Part shown: piece after piece, positions 18,143 to 28,300 of the stretch
Position numbering within the stretch: position 1 is the first letter of the stretch
How the letters are laid out: each line of letters opens with the position of its first letter
Assembly (NCBI GenBank): GCA_040902485.1
Contig: JBBDXF010000017.1
Location: 75,216-139,215 of the forward strand
Direction of reading: 5' to 3'
Length of the DNA stretch: 64,000 bases
Source: Myxococcota bacterium
GTDB lineage: Bacteria; Myxococcota_A; UBA9160; SZUA-336
Notes under the pieces: generated by a model
Database searches by the model: none
Seen by the model: the letters and a program-made list of their open reading frames with translations, nothing else
Told to the model about the DNA's origin: nothing
Program-made: the position numbers and the translations under genes

Positions 18143-21100
18143 ATGCTGAAGCACAGCCGTCTCTCGCTCGTGTGCGCGCTGCTCGTGGCGCCGGCCGTTC
18201 AGGCCCAAGTCAGTCAGGTCGCGTCACCCAGCGAGTCGGCCGAGAAGCATCTCTCGACCGAGGATCCGTTCATGTTCTGGGGCATCGATCCGACGCTGCT
18301 CGAGCGCGAGGCCGGCGACCGCCTGGTGCAGCGCGAGGTCGTGGGCGAGCAGGCCAAGACCGTCAAGCTCAAGAACGTGATCCCGCCGATTCACTTCGAG
18401 TCCGGCGTGGCGAACATCCCCACCAGCTACATCGAGCGACTGCGCCGGTTGCTCGACGGCATGCGCCAGCTCGAGAACGTGCGCCTGCACCTGATCGGCC
18501 ACGCCGACGACCAGCCGCTGTCGGACCGGCTCAGCGGGGTGTACGGCGACAACGCCGGGCTCTCGCGCGAGCGGGCCGGCGAGGTCGGCGAGTTCATCCA
18601 GACCGCGCTCGCGCTTCCGCCCGACGCGATCTCGTTCGAGTGGGCGGGCGAGCGCCAGCCGATCGCGACCAACACCACCGCCGAGGGCCGCGCCCGGAAC
18701 CGTCGCGTCGAGGTCGAGGTCTGGTACGACGAGAGCGAGAGCAAGCTCGGCCTCGAAGAGGTCGTCGTGCCCGCGGACATCAAGCGCGTGAAGGTGTGTC
18801 GCACGGAGACGGTCTGCAAGCTGCGCTACCTGGACGGGCACGCGCGCCGCGCGCGGGTCAGGAACCTGATCGCGCCGCTCCACTACAGCGACGAGACGGT
18901 GGGCGTTCCGCCCGAGTTCGTGCGCCAGATCGGGCAGGCGCTGCACAACCTCGCCGGCAAGCAGAACGTCACGGTGAAGTTCATCGGCTACAGCGACGAC
19001 CTGCCGCTGACGGGTCGCTCCGGAAAGATCTACGGCACGCACCTCGCGCTGTCGAAGGCCCGGGCGCACCGCGTCGCGCTCGCGATCCAGGACGCGCTCG
19101 ATTTGCCGAGCTCGGCGCTCGCCAGCGACGGGCGCGGCGCGACCCAGCCGCTCGCCTCCAACGAGACCGCGCGCGGCCGCACGCTGAACCGGCGCGTCGA
19201 GGTCGAGTTCTGGCACGACGACCCGCTGCAGGAGCTGCCGGACGAGCCGCAGCCGTGTCCGGAGGCGCCCGCCGCCGAGGTGGTGACGAAGGTCTACGAT
19301 CCGACTTTCGGCGCGCTGCCGGCGCTGCAGATCGAGGCCGGCCAGGTCGTGATCCCGCCGGGCTACAGCGACGCGCTGCGCCGCGCCTTGGACGAGGTCC
19401 ACGACAAGGCGCGCGTGCGGCTGCGCTTCACCGGCCATACCCGCAACGAGCGCCTCGATCGGCGAACCGCGCTGGTGTACGGCGACGACATCGGCCTGTC
19501 CGCCGCCCGCGCGCGCCGCGCGATGGAGAAGATCAAGACGGAGCTCGGGCTCAGCGACGCGCAGGCCGAGCACGAGGGACGCGGCTACGTGCACTCGAAC
19601 GACGTCGTGAACACCGGCTTCCTGCCGGGCGAGACCTCGGACGTGGCGGTCGAGGTCGTTTACGACGAGCTCGCGGTGCTCGACGAGAACGAGGGCGTGG
19701 ACGTCACGCCGCTCACGCGCGAGCTCCGGCCCAAGAACCCGCTGGGCTTGAACCTGATGCGCATCACCGTCGACGGCGAGCCGATCGACGACCCGGGGCG
19801 CAGCTCCGCCGACGTCCAGCGCTGCACGGACGTGGCGCTCGAGCGGGCCAACATCCGCTTCGGGTTCGACAACCTCGAGTCCGAGCGCCGGCTCAGCGTG
19901 AGCTCGAGCCCGAGCTCGATCCGGGTTCCGCTGGCGGCCGCGGACGACGACCCGGTGCCGCCGGTCCGCTTCCGCATGTACAGCAACTACGCGGCCTACA
20001 TCGAGCGCTCGGAGGTGCGGATCTTCGCGCCCGAGCAGTCGCTCGAGGCCGAGCCGCTGGTCGTGATCGGCGTCGAGCCCGACGGCTTCGCGGAGTGGCA
20101 GCCGGCGCTGGAGCTGTTCGCGGCGCCGCAGCGCGAGCTTCGCTACCTGCTGCGCGCCTACGGCGTCGAGGGCCAGTTCGACGAGACCGAGCCGCGGCCG
20201 CTCTGGATGCTCCACGAGGACGCGCCCCGGGCCCAGCCGAGCGGCCCGCCGCAGCCCGACGAGTCACTCGCCGGCTACGGCGAGAGCGCGCTGGCGGTGA
20301 AGAACATTCCGCTCGGCAGCGGCACGGTGAAGATCGAAGGCGAGGGCGTTCCGCGGGAGCACACCGTGTGGCTGGCCGGCGAGCAGGTGCCCGTGGACGC
20401 GAACGGCAACTTCGTCGCCGAGACGATCCTGCCCTCGGGCACGCACACGGTCGAGGTGGCGGTGCTGGACGCGGAGGGCAACGGCGACCTGTTCCTGCGC
20501 GACCTCGAGTTCGAGGGCCGCGACTGGTTCTACGTGGCGATGTCGGATCTGACGCTCTCGACCAACAGCCCGAGCTCGGAGGAGAAGGCGCTCGCCGGCG
20601 AGAACGCGCCCTACGAGATCGACTCCAACGCGGACGGCCGGTTCGCGTTCTTCGTCGACGGCAAGCTCACCGAGACCTGGGGTTTGACCGCGAGCGCGGA
20701 CACGCGCGAGGGCCCGGTGGACCAGCTCTTCAGCAACTTCATGGACAAGTCGCCGGAGTCGCTGTTCCGGCGCATCGACCCCGACTACTTCTACCCGACC
20801 TACGGCGACGACGGCACCGTGGAGGAGATGGCGCCCACGCAGGGCAAGTTCTTCGCCAAGCTCTCGAACCACGACAACCACGCGCTGTGGGGCAACTTCA
20901 AGGTCGGCTACGTGGCGAACGAGCTCGCGCCGGTCGACCGCGCGCTGTACGGCGGCAATCTGCACTACCAGTCCGACACGACCACGAGCTTCGGCGAGCA
21001 GCGCATGCAGCTCGACGGCTTCGCGGCCGAGCCGGGCACCGTGCCGAGCCGCGAGGAGTTCCGCGCGACCGGCGGCTCGGTCTACTTCCTGCGGCGCCAG

Positions 21101-23209
21101 GACATCCTGACCGGATCCGATCGTGTCCGGATCGAGACACGCGACCCGGACTCGGGCCTGGTGACGGGCGTGGTGCACCTGCGCCCGGGACTGGACTACG
21201 ACTTCGACTACTTCCAGGGCCGCGTGCTGCTCTCGGAGCCGCTCACCTCGACCGCCGGCGGCAGCGGCCTGTTGGTGCGCAGCGGCGGCGTGGCCGGCGA
21301 CGAGGCCTGGCTGGTGGTGCAGTACGAGTTCACGCCCGGCTTCGAGGAGATGAGCACGGTGGCCGCGGGCGGTCAGGGTCACTACTGGCTCGCCGACTTC
21401 GCGAAGCTCGGGCTGACCGCGAACAAGGACACCGAGGGCGACGGCGACAGCAACCTGTACGGCGTGGACCTCACGCTGCGGCAGAGCGCCGAGTCGTGGC
21501 TCAAGGTCCAGACCGGCAAGCGCGACGGCATGCTGTCCACCTGGCTGAGCTCCGACGACGGCGGCTTCGATTTCGCGGGCAGCGGCGGGCTCGGCCTGGT
21601 CGACGCCAACGCCGACGCGTACCGCGCCGACCTCAGCATCGGCATGGGGGATCTGTTCTCGGGCTCGAGCGGGCGAGTGACTCTGTACGCGCAGAACCTC
21701 GACGCGGGCTACTCGACGGCCAGCCTGCTCACGCTCACCGATACCCAGCAGTTCGGCGGCGCGCTGATGCTGCCGCTGACGGACCGGCTGCGCCTGGCCG
21801 CGAAGGCGGACTCGCGCACCCAGACCGACGGGCTCGACACGCAGGCCGGCGAGATCGACCTCGGCTATCAGCTCACCGACCGCTGGAGCTTGGGCGCAGG
21901 CGTCCGCCACGACAACCGCGAGGACAACTCGCTGATCGTGCCGGTGACACAGGAAGAGGGCGGGCGCACCGACGCCGCGCTGCAGCTGGGCTACGACTCG
22001 ACGGCCGCCTGGCGCAGCTACGGTTTCGTGCAGAGTACTTTGGCGGCGGACGGCAACCGCGAGGAGAACGGCCGCGTCGGCGTCGGCGGCGCCTATCGTG
22101 TGACCGATCGGCTGGTCGTCGACGCCGAAGCCTCGGCCGGCCAGCTCGGCCCCGGCGGCAAGCTCGGCACGAGCTACCAGGCCACCGACCGCACCACCGT
22201 GTACGTGAACTACGGGCTCGAGGACGAGCGCGGAATCGACGGCCTGTACGGCCGCCGCAGCAACCTGATCGCCGGCGCCCGCACGCGCCTGTCGCAGAGC
22301 TCGAGCATCTACCTCGAGAACCGCTACCAGACGACCGACACGCGCAGCGGTCTGACCCACGCCACGGGCGTGAACCTGACGCCCACCGACCGCTGGAACC
22401 TCGGCAGCACCGTCGACGTGGGCACGCTCGTCGACCGCGAGACCGGCGCCGAGACCAGGCGCAAGGCGGGCGGCCTGCGCATCGGCTACGGCTTCGAGAA
22501 GGTCCAGCTCGCGAGCGGCTTCGAGTACCGCCTCGACGACACCGAGCAGCTCGACGGCAGCTGGGCGGACCGCACGACCTACCTGTTCCGGAACAACGGC
22601 AAGTACCAGGTGACTCCGGACTGGCGCTTCGTGCTGAAGCTGAACCACGCCCTCAGCGACAGCTCACTCGGCGAGTTCTACGACGGCGGCTACACCGAGG
22701 GCGTGCTCGGCTGGGCGTACCGCCCGGTCGCGCACGACCGCCTCAACGTGCTGGCCAAGTACACCTACTTCTACAACGTGCCGACGCTCGACCAGTTCAA
22801 CCTGCGCGAGGTCGCGGATCAGTTCCTGCAACGCAGCCACATCGCGTCGCTCGACCTGACCTACGACCTGACTTCGAGGCTGACGATCGGCGGAAAGTAC
22901 GCCTACCGCATGGGCTCGGTGAGCCTCGATCGCGTCGACACCGACTTCTTCGACAACGACGCCCACCTGTACGTGTTGCACACGGACTGGCGCTTCATGG
23001 CGGACTGGGAGGCGACGATGGAGCTGCGCCTGCTCGACCTGCCGAGCCTCTCGGACAGCCGCAGCGGCGCGCTGCTCGGCGTCTACCGCCATGTGGGCGA
23101 CCACATGAAGGTGGGAGTCGGCTACAACTTCACCGACTTCTCCGACGACCTCACTGACCTCTCCTACGACCACCACGGGTTCTTCATCAACTTCAACATC
23201 CGGATGTAG
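18143..23209 (+). CDS. 1688-aa outer-membrane protein with three N-terminal OmpA-like peptidoglycan-binding domains and a large C-terminal putative beta-barrel
   Basis: Signal peptide MLKHSRLSLVCALLVAPAVQAQ. Three OmpA_C-like units are present (NVRLHLIGHADDQPLS...ARNRRVEVEVW; VTVKFIGYSDDLPLTG...TLNRRVEVEFW; RVRLRFTGHTRNERLD...). The C-terminal ~1100 aa show an alternating hydrophobic beta-strand pattern, ending ...GVGYNFTDFSDDLTDLSYDHHGFFINFNIRM. It begins 4 nt after the DUF11 gene. Confidence 0.75.
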   Translation: MLKHSRLSLVCALLVAPAVQAQVSQVASPSESAEKHLSTEDPFMFWGIDPTLLEREAGDRLVQREVVGEQAKTVKLKNVIPPIHFESGVANIPTSYIERLRRLLDGMRQLENVRLHLIGHADDQPLSDRLSGVYGDNAGLSRERAGEVGEFIQTALALPPDAISFEWAGERQPIATNTTAEGRARNRRVEVEVWYDESESKLGLEEVVVPADIKRVKVCRTETVCKLRYLDGHARRARVRNLIAPLHYSDETVGVPPEFVRQIGQALHNLAGKQNVTVKFIGYSDDLPLTGRSGKIYGTHLALSKARAHRVALAIQDALDLPSSALASDGRGATQPLASNETARGRTLNRRVEVEFWHDDPLQELPDEPQPCPEAPAAEVVTKVYDPTFGALPALQIEAGQVVIPPGYSDALRRALDEVHDKARVRLRFTGHTRNERLDRRTALVYGDDIGLSAARARRAMEKIKTELGLSDAQAEHEGRGYVHSNDVVNTGFLPGETSDVAVEVVYDELAVLDENEGVDVTPLTRELRPKNPLGLNLMRITVDGEPIDDPGRSSADVQRCTDVALERANIRFGFDNLESERRLSVSSSPSSIRVPLAAADDDPVPPVRFRMYSNYAAYIERSEVRIFAPEQSLEAEPLVVIGVEPDGFAEWQPALELFAAPQRELRYLLRAYGVEGQFDETEPRPLWMLHEDAPRAQPSGPPQPDESLAGYGESALAVKNIPLGSGTVKIEGEGVPREHTVWLAGEQVPVDANGNFVAETILPSGTHTVEVAVLDAEGNGDLFLRDLEFEGRDWFYVAMSDLTLSTNSPSSEEKALAGENAPYEIDSNADGRFAFFVDGKLTETWGLTASADTREGPVDQLFSNFMDKSPESLFRRIDPDYFYPTYGDDGTVEEMAPTQGKFFAKLSNHDNHALWGNFKVGYVANELAPVDRALYGGNLHYQSDTTTSFGEQRMQLDGFAAEPGTVPSREEFRATGGSVYFLRRQDILTGSDRVRIETRDPDSGLVTGVVHLRPGLDYDFDYFQGRVLLSEPLTSTAGGSGLLVRSGGVAGDEAWLVVQYEFTPGFEEMSTVAAGGQGHYWLADFAKLGLTANKDTEGDGDSNLYGVDLTLRQSAESWLKVQTGKRDGMLSTWLSSDDGGFDFAGSGGLGLVDANADAYRADLSIGMGDLFSGSSGRVTLYAQNLDAGYSTASLLTLTDTQQFGGALMLPLTDRLRLAAKADSRTQTDGLDTQAGEIDLGYQLTDRWSLGAGVRHDNREDNSLIVPVTQEEGGRTDAALQLGYDSTAAWRSYGFVQSTLAADGNREENGRVGVGGAYRVTDRLVVDAEASAGQLGPGGKLGTSYQATDRTTVYVNYGLEDERGIDGLYGRRSNLIAGARTRLSQSSSIYLENRYQTTDTRSGLTHATGVNLTPTDRWNLGSTVDVGTLVDRETGAETRRKAGGLRIGYGFEKVQLASGFEYRLDDTEQLDGSWADRTTYLFRNNGKYQVTPDWRFVLKLNHALSDSSLGEFYDGGYTEGVLGWAYRPVAHDRLNVLAKYTYFYNVPTLDQFNLREVADQFLQRSHIASLDLTYDLTSRLTIGGKYAYRMGSVSLDRVDTDFFDNDAHLYVLHTDWRFMADWEATMELRLLDLPSLSDSRSGALLGVYRHVGDHMKVGVGYNFTDFSDDLTDLSYDHHGFFINFNIRM

Positions 23210-23270
23210 GGCCGATCGGAACAATTCCAGCGCGCGCGTCAGAATGGGCGCAGGCACTGGAGGGCAAGCC

Positions 23271-24131
23271 ATGAAGCAGTTCCGGGATCGGGTCGCGGTC
23301 GTCACCGGAGGAGCCAGCGGCATCGGCTTCGCGACGGCGGAGCGACTCGCCGCCGAGGGCATGAAGATCGTGATCGCCGACATCGAGCCGGGCGCGCTCG
23401 AGGCCGCGGTGAAGAAGCTCGAGACCGGCGGCGCGGCGGTGCTCGGCGTACGCACGGACGTGTCGAAGGCCGAAGAGGTCGAGCGGCTCGCGCAGAAGAC
23501 GCTCGAGCGCTTCGGCGGCGTCCACGTGCTGTTCAACAACGCGGGCGTCGCCGTCACGGGCGAGGCCTGGGAGAACTCGCTCGGCGACTGGGAGTGGGTG
23601 CTCGGCGTGAACCTGTGGGGCGTGATCCACGGCATCCGCACGTTCGTGCCGATCCTGCTGCGCCAGAACGAGCCCGCGCACGTGGTCAGCACCGCATCGA
23701 TGGCCGGGCTCACCTCGAATCCCGGCATGGCCGTCTACAACGTGACCAAGCACGCCGTGGTGACGCTCTCGGAGACGCTCCACCACGACCTGGCGCTGCG
23801 CGGCTCGCCCGTGAAAGCGTCGGTGCTGTGCCCCGGCTTCATCAACACGCGCATCATGGACTCCGCGCGAAACCGGCAGAGCGACGCCCGGCACGATCCT
23901 CCGACGCCCGAAGCCAGCGCGCTCGGCGCGTCGATCGAGCTCGCGCTGCGCGAAGGCATCAGCCAGGGCTACGCGCCGAGCCAAGTCGCGGAGCGCGTGT
24001 TCGAAGCCATCCGCGACGAGAAGTTCTACGTCTTCGCCGCCCAGCCCGAGATCCTGGACGCGGTGAAGCTACGCCTCGACGAGGTCGGCACGCAGAAGAA
24101 CCCGGTCACGCCGACGGTGCTGATCGAGTAG
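23271..24131 (+). CDS. SDR-family short-chain dehydrogenase/reductase
   Basis: Contains VAVVTGGASGIGFATAERLA (TGxxxGxG), NNAG, and the YxxxK region (MAVYNVTKHAV). Confidence 0.85.
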   Translation: MKQFRDRVAVVTGGASGIGFATAERLAAEGMKIVIADIEPGALEAAVKKLETGGAAVLGVRTDVSKAEEVERLAQKTLERFGGVHVLFNNAGVAVTGEAWENSLGDWEWVLGVNLWGVIHGIRTFVPILLRQNEPAHVVSTASMAGLTSNPGMAVYNVTKHAVVTLSETLHHDLALRGSPVKASVLCPGFINTRIMDSARNRQSDARHDPPTPEASALGASIELALREGISQGYAPSQVAERVFEAIRDEKFYVFAAQPEILDAVKLRLDEVGTQKNPVTPTVLIE

Positions 24132-24134
24132 GAA

Positions 24135-24940
24135 CTACGGGTCGGGCTGCGCGAACGAGTTGTCGGTGTCGATCGTGCCTGTCGCGCCACGGCGACGAGC
24201 ACCTGCGTGTGGGGTGTTGCTCCACGTCCAGTTGCCGGTGACCGATGCGTCCACGGCGTCGGCATACACGTAGACGCCGATGTCGTTGTCCCAGGAACGA
24301 TTGCCGCGCGGCTCGTTCCTCGTCCCGCTCGCGAGCAGGATTCCGGCGCCGACGCCCGCCTTGCCGTTGCCGTGAGTTCAACCGTGCCCGCCGTTGTCCT
24401 GCACGTTCACGCCGATGAACTCGTTGAACGTGCTGAACGGACCCGTGACCAGGATGCCGTTCGAGGGCGCGTGGTGGACCTGGCAGTCGCGCAGGCGACT
24501 GGGGTGCGAGGCGTTCCCGATCGAGTGGGTGTAGTGGATCTTGACCGCTTGCAGGGCGACGCTCGCCCCGTCGAGGTCCAGGCCCCGCAGCTCTACGTAA
24601 CGCGCGCTCGACGCCGCGAAGTTGACGACGTGCTCGCTGCTGGCGGGCCGCGCGCTCACGACCCCGCGCCCGGCCACGCCGAGATGGTGAGCTGCGTCTC
24701 CGAGCTCGAGCCTCCGCTGATCGTCGAGACATCGGTGTCGATCGGTTCGACGTACGTGCCCGCGTGGATCCACAGCGTGTCGCCCCCGCCAGCGACCGCG
24801 AGCCCGGCCGCGATCGCGGGGCATGGCGACTCGAGCGTGCAGGCCGAGCCGCTACCCGTCTTCGCGACGTGGTACTCCGCTGCGCGCGCCACCGGCGCGA
24901 GCACGAGCAGGAACGCGAGGAGTAGCAGCGGGCGCATCAT
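24135..24940 (-). pseudogene. secreted right-handed beta-helix (pectate-lyase/NosD-like) protein, disrupted by two frameshifts
   Basis: Protein-like minus-strand translation is split across three frames. Frame 1 gives signal peptide MMRPLLLLAFLLVLAPVARAAEYHVAKTGSGS...ISAWPGAGS. Frame 2 gives ...IHYTHSIGNASHPSRLRDCQVHHAPSNGILVTGPFSTFNEFIGVNVQDNGGHG. Frame 3 gives GNGKAGVGAGILLASGTRNEPRGNRSWDNDIGVYVYADAVDASVTGNWTWSN... Confidence 0.45.
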
Positions 24941-25309
24941 CTTGCGAGCCGCTCGACCGTCGTCACGGTTTCCATGGGCTGGGGCGACGGACCCGGCGGC
25001 CGGTAGCATGGCAGCATTTCGCAGCATTCCATCTGTATTCATCTCTTCATCTCTTCTTGGAGTCGCCATACGGCATCCGAACGCGACGGCGATCAGCGCT
25101 CGCCGCGAGGGCATGAGCTCTATGAGAGCGCCCACCGCAGGTTGAAACGGCCTCTCGGCTCGAACGCCTGCGCGTATGCGGCCGGATCGAGCGGCCCGAG
25201 TCAGAGCCGGGATCAAAAGCCGCCTGAGCTTCAGGCTGAGTTCGCGAGAAGACGTCCGTGATGAACGCCAGCACGCGCAACAGCCCCGCCGCGATCTCCT
25301 TGCGGTGCT

Positions 25310-28300
25310 TCATTGCCGGCCCAGGCGCAGCTCGACGGCGTGCGTCGCGCCGTCGCTGGGGAGCGCGATCTCGACGTCCTGCGCCCGCTTTCCATCGATG
25401 TAGAGGTCGCGCGCGCGGCGAGGCAAGCTCTCGTCCACGCGCACGCGAATCGAGAGCTGACCATCGGGGCCGCGCAGCTCTGCCTCGAAGCCGTCCCATG
25501 CGCGCGGCAGGCACGGATGGAGGGCGAGCCGGCCCTCGCGAAGCTGCAGGCCGAGAATCGCCTCTACGACGAGCCGCCAGGTCCAGGCCGCGGAGCCCGT
25601 GTACCAGGTCCAGCCGCCGCGCCCGAGGTGTGGAGCCACCGAGCCGATGTCACCGGCGATGACGTAGGGCTCGACGCGGTAGCGGGCGACACCCTCCTGT
25701 GTCGACGCGTGTCGGATGGGATGGATCAGCTCGAAGATCCGATGCGCGGCGTCGCCATCGCCGACCTGCGCGAAGGCCCAAGCGAGCCACGCGGCGGCGT
25801 GCGTGTACTGGCCACCGTTCTCGCGGATGCCGGGCGGGTAGGCCTTGATGTAGCCTGGATCGCGAGGCGTCGCGTCGAAGGGCGGCCACAAGAGCCGCAC
25901 CACGGAGTCGTCCTCGCGCACGAGTTCGCGCCACGCGGACGCCAGCGACTGCCGGGCACGCGCGTCGGCGCGCGTCCCGGACAGCACCGACCACGACTGC
26001 GCAATCGAGTCGACGCGGCACTCGTCGCACGACCGCGAGCCCCAGGGACGTCCGTCGTCGTCGAAGGCGCGGATCCACCACTCTCCGTCCCACGCGCAGT
26101 GCTCGAGCGCATCCTCCAGCGCGCCGGCGCGGTCGAGCCAGCGCCGAGCGAGCGGCGCCTCGCCGCGGCGTTCGCACAGCTTCGCGAAGCCGCGCATCGC
26201 GGACGATGCGAACCATCCCAGCCACACGCTCTCGCCGGCCCCGCGCGCGCCCACCCGGTCGAAGCCGTCATTCCAATCCCCCGCGCCGATGCGCGGCAGG
26301 CCATGGCGTCCGCTGGTCACGCCGCGCTCGAGGGCACGTTCACAGTGCTCGAACAGGGTCGCCCGCTCCGCCCGGGTCTCGAAGCGCGCGAAGCGATCGT
26401 GCTCCTGTGGCGAGAGCTCGGGCGCGTGCAGGAACGGCACCCGCTCGTCCAGGACTGCGAGGTCCCCGGTCGCCTCGACGTAGCGGGAGACCACCCAGGG
26501 CAGCCAGAGCAGGTCGTCGGAGCAGCGCGTGCGCACGCCGCGATCCGCCGGCGGGTGCCACCAGTGCATCACGTCGCCCTCCTCGAACTGGTGCGCAGCG
26601 CAGGCGAGCAGGTGCGCGCGAGCTCGTGTCGGCTCCGCGTGGAGCAGCGCGAGCACGTCCTGGAGCTGGTCGCGGTATCCGAATGCGCCGCCGGCCTGGT
26701 AGAAGCCGGCGCGCGCCAGCACGCGGGAGCTCATCGTCTGATAGAGCAGCCAGCGATTCGTCAGCAGGTCGAGGGCCCGGTCGGGTGTGCGCACTCGCAG
26801 CGCACCCAGCAGCCGGTCCCAGCGGTGCTCGAGCTCTGCGCGAGCGCGCTCGATGCGGCAGAGGTCGCGCCACTCCTTCACCAGCTCGAGCGCGTGGGCC
26901 TTGTTTCGCCCCTGGCCGAGCACGAAGGCGACCTCGACGGTCCCCGAGGCGGGCAGGTCGAGGTGCACCTGGTAGACGGCGCAGGCATCCGCGCCCGCTC
27001 GTACACGACCGCTGAGCCCCCAGCGGCGCAGCGCGGCGGGCCGGGCAGGATCGCCCTCCGGGCCGAGGAATTCGCGCCGATCCGCCGTGACGCCATGGGG
27101 CGCGTGCGTTGCGGCCAGGAAGGCGACGCGCTCGGCGAAATCCGGGCTCCAGGGATTTCGCGCGAACAGGGCCGGACCCTCCGGCTCCCAGCTGCAAACG
27201 ACGTGGGGGTGGGAGACACTCGGGAGTGCACCCAGCAGCCACTCCGCAAAGTAGGTGGCCGTGATGCGGCGCGGGCGCGGCGAGAGGTTCTCGAGACGCA
27301 GCCTCACGACCTTCAGCGGCGCGCTCGGCGGCACGAACACGAGTAGCTCCTGTGCGAGGCCGTACTGATTGCGCCGCCACGAGCTGTAGCCTGCGCCATG
27401 GCGGACCTGGCACGCGCTGCCCTCGCCCGCGGGCTCGGGCGTGACCGTCCAGACCTCGCCGCCCTGCTCGTCGCGCAGATACAGCGTCTCGCTGGGTGGG
27501 TCCATGACCGGGTCATTCGTCCAGGGCGTGAGTCGGTTCTCGCCGCTGTTCTCGCACCAGCTGAAGCCGCCGCCGGCCTCCGTGACGACGCAGCCGAACG
27601 CGTCGTTCGCGAGTACGTTCGCCCAGGGCGCGGGCGTCGCCGCACCCGGCTCGAGATGGATCACGTACTCCCGGCCGTCGGGCGTGAAGCCGCCGAGGCC
27701 GTTGTCGAACACGAGATCGGCGGGCCTCGCCAGGGCCGTCGTGGCTTCCGAGGCACCGGGCGGGCCCGGGGGCTGGAACGGCGGAGGGTCCGCTGGAGGT
27801 GTCGGCGCCGCGGCGAGCTGCTCGCCGAGGGAGCGCGAGTCGTCGAGCACGACACGCGCGACACACTCGAGCAGACGCAGCTCCTCCGGCTGCACCTGAT
27901 CGGCGAACACGACGTGGATGCCGCCGTGCTGGCCGAGGCTCGCGGCGCCCTCGGTGCTCGCGAGCATGACGACGAGACGCTCGCGCAGCTCTTCGACGTA
28001 GCCCGAGAGGCCCGTGCGGATCACGACGAGATCGACGACGAGCCCGCGCCTGCGCCAGGCGGCATGCGCGAGGACGAGCAGCTCGAGCAGCTCTGTACGC
28101 GTCGGATCGCGGCTGCGCAGCAGCAGGATCGGGTGATCTCCCGAGATCCCGAGGCCCCACAGGCGCGGCTGGCCGAGGCGGTTCGCTGCGCGCACTGCCG
28201 GAGCCGCGCCCAGCACAGACACGGGCGCGATCAAGAGCGAGCCCAGGGCCTGGAGCTCGCTGAGCCGCGCCGGCTCGAGCCCGAGCCGCTGTGCTTCGTG

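Noticed and set aside
13930-23157. Alternative-frame ORFs across the DUF11 and OmpA genes (13930..16302 -, 14322..18149 +, 18172..23157 +, 18224..20215 -, 20264..22648 -)
   Set aside because: Same GC-artefact composition (runs of R, G, A, P, D). They fully overlap the well-supported signal-peptide-bearing reading frames.
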